DNA from: Eledone cirrhosa | Taxonomy: Eukaryota | NCBI GenBank assembly: GCA_964016885.1 | Contig: OZ024746.1 | Coordinates: 90,768,001-90,832,000 of the forward strand | Reading direction: 5' to 3' | Length of the DNA stretch: 64,000 nucleotides | Shown: positions 56,090 to 64,000 of the stretch, piece after piece | How the letters are laid out: every line of letters starts with the position of its first letter | How positions within the stretch are numbered: position 1 is the first letter of the stretch | Notes under the pieces: generated by a model | What the model saw: the letters and a program-made list of their open reading frames with translations, nothing else | The model's database searches: none | Told to the model about the DNA's origin: nothing | Program-made: the position numbers and the translations under genes

Positions 56090-57352
56090 TTAATTGGCAG
56101 TATCGGTAGAGCATCGGACAACATGCTTTGTGATATGAGTTCAAATCCCACTGAGGTTAACTTTGCCTTTCATCCTTGCGTGGTCGATAAAATAAAGTAT
56201 CAGTAACACACTAGGGTCGATTCAATCGACTTCCGCCGCCTTCAAATTATTGATACTGTGCCTAAATCAGAAACCAATTTGGATGCTGCGAATCTGAAGA
56301 AGTCCACATCGCAATCATTAGTTTCCACGTTCGGCCTCGCTCTCTACAACTCACGACAAGTGACCACGTTTTACCACAATCTCAGATCGATTTAAGCCTG
56401 AATCCAATAATAATTGTTTCTACAAGGCCAGCAAATTGAAAGGCAGGGGAAAGTTGACTATTTTATCGACTCCGTAAGGATGAAAAGCAAAGCTAACCTC
56501 GGCGTGATTTGAACGCAGGACGTAGAGGGCCATAACTCGATGCTGTAAAGCATGTTGTCCGACGCTTTATCGATACTGCCACTCCAAAATATTATTTAAA
56601 TGAAACAAGAAAAAGAAAAGCAACGAAGGAAAGAGAGAGAGAGAGAGCGAGGGGGGAGCGAGAAAGAGGGATGGAGAGACTCTACAAACCAGTCTGTGTG
56701 GTGATTCAGCTGTGCCACACAAACAGACCAGCAACACCCGCTGCAACAACCACCCTGCCGCATGGGGATTTTTCTTCATGCGGGCTGTTTATGGAAGAGA
56801 TCGGCAGTAGGAACGCCAAGGACAGCAGAGATCTCGATGGTGACCGATACGAAAAGGAAGAGGTAGATGAAACTATGAAGTAAAATTGGGTAGTCGGAAA
56901 CCATTTAGAACTCCGTCGGATTGACTTGTAACTGTAATTGAAAGGGTCAGACTTCTCACATACCGTGTTGCACAGAATCTCCCTGAGAATTGTGTTAAGG
57001 TGAAATACACAGCCACGTACACGTTAATTTAACGCTTAGGCTGTTTCGCTGATTGAAAAACTGGAACACTCATCGTCAAAACCAACAGAGGTCGATTTAT
57101 TATTATATCAGCAACTAGAGCAGTAATCGGTTGAGTAATCGGTAGATTATTAATCGACAGTAATCGGTAGAGCGTCGGACATCCTGCTTCATGGCATAGA
57201 GTTATGGCCCTTTACGTTCTGAATTCAGATCCCGCCGAGATTAGCATCACTACGGGGTCGATAAAATAAAGTACCAGTCACGTACTGGGGTCGATTTAAT
57301 CGGCTTTTCCCTCTCCCAAAATTGCTGGCCTTGTGCTTAAATCAGAAAGTAT
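56090..57352. mobile_element. Three SINE A copies (56090-56280 +, 56408-56583 -, 57160-57352 +) and a SINE B 3' part (about 56900-57090)
   Basis: Core matches. The 57160 copy has TSD attattatatcagcaa. Confidence 0.78.
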
Positions 57353-57984
57353 TATTATATCAGCAAGTATTGCAAGAATAAAGATGATCTTTCATTACCA
57401 GATTATTTATATCCAGTCATAAGAACTTGTTTTTTTTTTAGAACTAACTTCTCGAAGTATGTCCGACAGTATTTCAAAGAGGAATTAATTTGTATAAAAA
57501 CAGAAGTGCTACCAAGAAACATTTATAATTAGAAAATCTCATTGTCTTCAATATAAAAACAAGATAACAATAAGATAAAAGAAAATTGTGTTGCCTGGCA
57601 AGAATCCCGCACCATGCGACATATTTAAACAAAAAAATTGTTTTCTTTTTTTTGAATTGCAAGTACTTATGGTTGGTGGACTGATTAAATAGATTATCAG
57701 CAGATTGACTTTGAAATTCTGAAGGCTATGTAGTAAGACGCCTCACGCCTCTTGATAGAACAACCCTAGTTATCTCCCGCTGGTTGAGAACGCGAGAAAA
57801 AAAAAACAGACAGCCACTGGAAAGCAGACTGATCACACGCCAGAAACCAGCCTCTGTACCACACCATTGTTTGTGCTACATCAAAAATAAACATATATTT
57901 CATCTCTAATTTCTGCTGTTGAAATCATTATTATGTCACTCGTGTCTCAATAACATCTATAATCCATACTGCTAAAACTATTTC

Positions 57985-58074
<90 letters not shown>

Positions 58075-58079
58075 TCTCT

Positions 58080-58760
58080 AGTCCCGTAACTCTTGATAGA
58101 GTTGTAGGGGCGCTGCATTGACAGACGGCGTTTCTTGGTCATTTTCAGCCTAGCGGAGCCTATCCCTCTCCAGGCCTGAGTACAGCAGATTTCTTCAAGA
58201 GAAAGATAGAAAGTGAGAGAGAGAGGAAATGAGACAGAGATATAAAGGAAGAATCGACCCCAGTACTAGACTGGTACTTTTTTTTATCGACCACGGAATT
58301 TGAACTCAGAGATCAGAGAGCCAGAACGAATATCACAAAACATTCTATCCGACGTTCTAACCACTCTGCCATTCTATCCGACGTTCTAACGACTCTGCCA
58401 TTCTATCCGACGTTCTAACGACTCTACCATTCTATCCGACGTTCTAACGACTCTGCCATTCTATCCGACGTTCTAACGACTCTGCCATTCTATCCGACGT
58501 TCTAACGACTCTGCCATTCTATCCGACGTTCTAACGACTCTGCCATTCTATCCGACGTTCTAACGACTCTGCCATTCTATCCGACGTTCTAACCACTCTG
58601 CCATTCTATCCGACGTTCTAACGACTCTGCCATTCTATCCGACGTTCTAACCACTCTGCCATTCTATCCGACGTTCTAACGACTCTGCCATTCTATCCGA
58701 CGTTCTAACCACTCTGCCATTCTATCCGACGTTCTAACGACTCTGCCAATTCGCTGCTTC
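58080..58760 (-). mobile_element. Composite SINE with A-box region amplified 14 x 29 bp
   Basis: Array 58341-58746 = 406 bp, with the same layout as 54810-55735. Confidence 0.88.
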
Positions 58761-59300
58761 TTTATAACGGCGTTAGTAAGTGTTTCTTCAGAGATGGCAG
58801 TTTCAAATGTATGAGAGATACAATACTGTTTCCGCCGGATGTTTCTAATAGCTACCATCTTCTTTTAAGTTTTTGCTTCCTAATCCAATCACTTACTATG
58901 CAGGGTGATTATGAAGGTTTTATTAGTGATACTCCCTATACATTTCAGCAAGGGAGAATGTAGGGAAATTCCTCGTTCAAGAAAAGCGAAGGGTTAACGA
59001 AATAAATAAATAGTATATATTATTTTTCTGATTATAAATGTTCAAATATTATACAGACCATGGAAACTTTTACTCGCCAGACTTGCTAGAAATAGCAGTC
59101 AAATCTCCCATAAATCACACAACTCATATTTAACAATAGGAAAAGCACATTACATAATGTAATCCTTGATATCGCATGTTTGAATAAGCGATGCTTTGAG
59201 CACGTCCAGAAATATTTGATCTGAGGTTTACTCGCTGAGAGTTAACCCGAGGAAAAGTAACAACAAAACAAATTGATTGAACACTACAATGTACCTATAC

Positions 59301-59502
59301 TACGAGGATCAACAGAAAAGTTCATAGGCTGACCAAGATACTCTCATGGAATGACCAAATGAGGTTTATTTTTCAACATAGTCCCTAGAAAGAAACAATG
59401 TGGTTATTAATAAGAAGAGTTGAAATTAATGCATGCAAGATTTCACAGCTCTAACATCACTTCTTCATAGTCAGTCTATGAACTTTTCAGCCCTCTCTCG
59501 TA
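59301..59502. mobile_element. Mariner-type MITE, unexpanded member of the 6013 family
   Basis: TA-cgaggatcaacagaaaagttcataggctgac ... gtcagtctatgaacttttcagccctctctcg-TA. Confidence 0.88.
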
Positions 59503-61097
59503 AACCGTGTAAGTAGAGAAAGCTGACCAAGATGTATGATTTAGTGGCCAATATGACTTGAATATATTGCGATATACAGTTCAGGAAATAGGGACATTTA
59601 TTTTAAATAATTACCACCGAATTATTCATGTTGATAATCTTACATTACACTTCTCTATTTAGGTTAAATTCCGTGTCTCTTACCCCCCCCCCCAAGTTCC
59701 TGTGTAACATTAGAGCTCAATATAACCTGAAATACGCCAGCTATAGAAGTCATTAAAGGATTATGTTTGATTCCTAGCCACGGGGAAGTAAATATTGGCC
59801 ATATCACAGAAGATTGAAAATTCTCACGAAAAGTTGCGTTGAACAACAAAATAAAGGAAATATGAATTCCAAAATTTTAAATGCGTTCTTCATCTGGCCA
59901 TTTTGAATGTCTTCAGTGAAGAGACGGAGAAGTAGGGAAGGTTAGTTAGTTAGAGAGGTGGAAAGGTTAGTTTGAGAGAGTGTGTGAGAGAAAGAGTGAG
60001 AGAGAGACGGAGAGAGAGTAGGGAGAGAGAGAAAGAGAGAGAGATAGCAGGAGCGTATGTGTGTGTGTGTGTGTGTGTGTGAATGTGTGTGTTGGAGAAA
60101 TTGTGAGTTAAAGTCAGAGAGAGAGAGAGTGTACACGTGTGTTAGAGAAGGTGAGTGAGTTAAAGTCAGTGAGGGAGGGAGAAAGTAAGAGAAAAAAGAG
60201 TTAGTCAGAGAGAGGGAGAGAGAGAAAGGCCAAAGTTAAATGATCCCTGATAAATCTTAAGAAGGACGAAACTAGCCTGTTTTAGCTGGACTCCAAGCAG
60301 GCGGAGGATATGTGGTTTAACCACGATGAAATATAGGATTATTAAACATATGGATGTGAATCAAGATATTTCTAGTTAATCTGCCGATAACTATTTCATG
60401 ATGTTATATCTAAGGTAATTGCCAGACCACTGCCTAGAGAAACAAATATCTTATTTTCATACACTGGCTAGCAGAGATGCAATAAGGTTGTCACGTTTTC
60501 TACAGCCAGCTTAACCCTACCCCGGATAAAGCAATGACCTGGGGCCTCTACATACACAACCACAGTATACGTAGATTAACTTTGCACAGTATACGTAGAT
60601 TAGCTTTGAGCCCAATGCTCTCATCTGAGCAAAGCTATCCACACGAGCCCCTACACAATATCACATCATACATAGCACTGGGCTACTAAACCAGGGCCCC
60701 CAAGAGAAATTTTGCAAGGTGGTACAAGACCCCTTTGTGGCCTGAAGCAGGATGTTGCATTGTTGCTGTGGGGTCTTCTTAGCTCTTGGGCCACAGAACA
60801 AAATACCGGCTGGACCCTCCTCTCATAGACCCTACTCTAAACCCGATGCACTACACAGCACATATTGTTCAAAGCAGTATTAGCGACATGGTAAACGGTT
60901 CAAACCAGAAATCGAATCTGCCTGGTTCGCCTCTTCCTCCGCGGAAGGATAAAGGGCAAACTTCATCGCCGTAAGTAAATATCGCTGACTGTGTAACAAC
61001 TCTGCCAATATTTCGTATGACAAGGGCCAGTTTGTACAACTGTTATAACTGGGTTGGGGTTAGTTACAATCTCTGAAGAATACACACATATACACAC

Positions 61098-61152
<55 letters not shown>

Positions 61153-61359
61153 CCATTATATATATACATATATATAAGTAGAAGGGATATTTAATTTGTT
61201 GGAAATTCAACAAATATAAATGTTTATAACTGAATCAAAGCACCCGACAAGTTTCTGGAGTAAATATTCAATGATATTAAATACCCTTGAAATATATATA
61301 ATAGAATAAATATGCTTTTATAAATATAGTTTCCATTTATTTAATATCATTGTATATAC

Positions 61360-61390
<31 letters not shown>

Positions 61391-61418
61391 CACATACAAT
61401 ACATACATACACACACAA

Positions 61419-61467
<49 letters not shown>

Positions 61468-61514
61468 CATATATATGTGTATATATATATATATATGTGT
61501 GTGTGTGTTTGTGT

Positions 61515-61550
<36 letters not shown>

Positions 61551-61889
61551 GGTAAACAGAAATAACAACACAATCGGTACAGTATATGGAAGGGATATAT
61601 TAGGTTAACGCTTGAAATAGCAGGAAGAGGGTCTTAACGTTTCGGACGCTAGTCCTTCACCACCAGAAAGAATGAGAAATAAGATAGATTGAAGGGACGG
61701 GCGGGGCGGGATTGGAACAAATGTTATTAGAGAAAAATAACAGGTCCATTCATGTTGACATCTCTTGGAAAACTGATGATGCTGGCATTTAGTGTATGAT
61801 CGATTTTTTTTAGAAAAATGGACGATGGAGCGCGTCTACCTGAAATGGTAGAGATATACGTGTGCGTGTGTGTATGTGTGTGAGTGTCT

Positions 61890-62378
61890 GTGTGTGTGAG
61901 TGTTATTATACGTCCGAATGAAGCTAAGAGGATATGTGTGTGTATATGTAAGTAAAAGAATGTGTGTGTGTGCTTGTAAGTACGAAGCTGTGAGCAAAAG
62001 CATGTTAATATAAGGCTATGTGTGTGCGTGTATATGTGTGTGAGTGTGTGTGTGTGCGTGTGTGTGTGAGTGTTATTATACGTCCGTACGAAGCTAAGAG
62101 AGTATGTGTGTGCATATGTAAGTAAAATAATGTGTGTGTGTACTTGTAAGTACGAAGCTGTGAGCAAAAGCATGTTAATATAAGGCTGTGTGTGTGTATA
62201 TATGTGTGTGTGTGTGTGTGTGTATGTGTGTGTGTGAGTGTGTGTGTGTGTGTGCGCGTGTGTGTGAGTGTTATTATACGCCCGTACGAAGCGAAGAGAG
62301 TATTTGTGTGCATATGTAAGTAAAAGAATGTGTGTGTGCTTGTAAGTACGAAGCTGTGAGCAAAAGCATGTTAATATA

Positions 62379-62382
<4 letters not shown>
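61890..62382. repeat. Three tandem units of about 170-200 bp separated by (TG)n
   Basis: gagtgttattatacgtccg...cttgtaagtacgaagctgtgagcaaaagcatgttaatataagg three times. Confidence 0.9.
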
Positions 62383-62472
<90 letters not shown>

Positions 62473-63384
62473 AGCTGTGAAGGGAAAAGTGGAGTGAGTA
62501 CATTTAGTCGGTCTGTATAAGTTGTAAGAGAAAATGTTACTGACCATAAAAGAACCACAGGAGTCTAGGGCTGATTGTACAAGCGCGTGTGTGATAATGG
62601 ACGGGACGCACACATACATAGACACACACACACATATATATACATATATATATGTACATATATGCATATACACATACATATATATACACACATGTATATA
62701 TATACACACATGTATATATACACACATGTATATATATATATACACACATGTATATATACATACATTTATATATGTACATATATGCATATACACATACATA
62801 TATATACACACATGTATATATATATATACATATGGATGTATATATACATATATGTACATATATGCATATACACATACATATATATACACACTTGTATATA
62901 TATATATATACACACACATGTACATATATATATACATATATATATAAATATAAATTCAGCGAGAATCGGATTTCGGCGGGTAGAAAATAAGCGAAACGTA
63001 ATTTCCGATTTGTGTTGGCAAGCGCTCCATGGACCAAAAGAGACCAGAGCAATAAACATATGTTATAAAGACCATACAAACTGAGACGGCGGTTAAGAAG
63101 CTATCGACCACCTAAGCCAAAAAAAACGAAGCAAGCTAAACGGGTCAAACAAAATATGAATGAAATATTTATCCAGACCCTGGAAATGATGGTATAATCC
63201 AGTACAGGGTTTCTGCGACACCTAAATCAATTATACTGTTTGCTTAAAAAAATAAGCTTTTGGTATAATGATCGAACAAGGATATCATTTTCTCAACAGG
63301 TATTTTGTTCTGCGCCAACGTTTTGAATCTCACAGCATTTATATATATGTACTATTTTTTCAGCTGGGAGTGAAAGGCCCCCAG

Positions 63385-63670
63385 TTGTTGTCACGACACC
63401 TTTCTGGGAGAGGGAAACTCTGAAAATAAACCTGCGGCTTCGGAAGCATCCGATGATGTATATCAGTTCTTCTTTTCGGGTAGTGTTTTCGATGCTCAGG
63501 GAGTGGGATTGATCGAATGCAAGGCCTTTCCTCACTTTAAAAACCTTCAAAGCACAGGCACTGCTTGTTCAAGGTCTGTTACAGGTTCGTGTGGCTGGCC
63601 GTAGCCTAAAGGTGCACCATTTTCTGCAATTGATAAGCGATTGCAATACTCTTAGCAGAGTTTGTAGCCA
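63385..63670 (+). mobile_element. Diverged fragment of the putative RTE 5' UTR
   Basis: The reverse complement aligns by eye with 28140-28340 (tttttaaagtgaggaaag..ccaatcccactc..cccgaaaagaagaa..catcatcgg..gccgcaggttt). Confidence 0.7.
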
Positions 63671-63672
63671 TA

Positions 63673-63754
<82 letters not shown>

Positions 63755-64000
63755 TATACAACTACACATAGACAAATTCTATATCCTACCCACATACACG
63801 CACCCACTGCCACACCTAGATACACAGATACCCTTACACATACACACCCGCACGTGCACGTACACGAACATATAAACACATAAGGATACCTACACCCACT
63901 TACTAAAGCCCTCCTCTCTCTCTCTCTATATATATATATATATGGATTGAGAGGGACGAGGTTGTGTGGTTAGTGATAACGAGTGTTTAAAAGTTAAGGG

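Overview
Eukaryotic, AT-rich, repeat-saturated genomic DNA with no recognisable host protein-coding gene. The SINE/LINE make-up and very long (TA)n/(TG)n tracts suggest a coleoid cephalopod, probably an octopod (inference). Almost all long ORFs in the track are microsatellite artefacts. The real coding remnants are all from transposons: two RTE-clade LINE families (one ending in three C2H2 zinc fingers and having short non-autonomous derivatives), a (TA)n-inserted LINE with a twin-priming 5' inversion, a CRE-clade RLE relic, a Gypsy pol relic and a Helitron RepHel relic. Non-coding elements include two complete non-autonomous Helitrons, Tc1/mariner and hAT MITEs, about 25 tRNA-derived SINEs and several minisatellites built from SINE or MITE parts. 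The most interesting hidden layer is a set of type I hammerhead ribozyme motifs: four with all core nucleotides, plus half or degenerate copies. They lie in short (TA)n-flanked, fold-back-prone elements typical of Penelope-like terminal repeats or retrozymes. Coordinates of degenerate elements are approximate.
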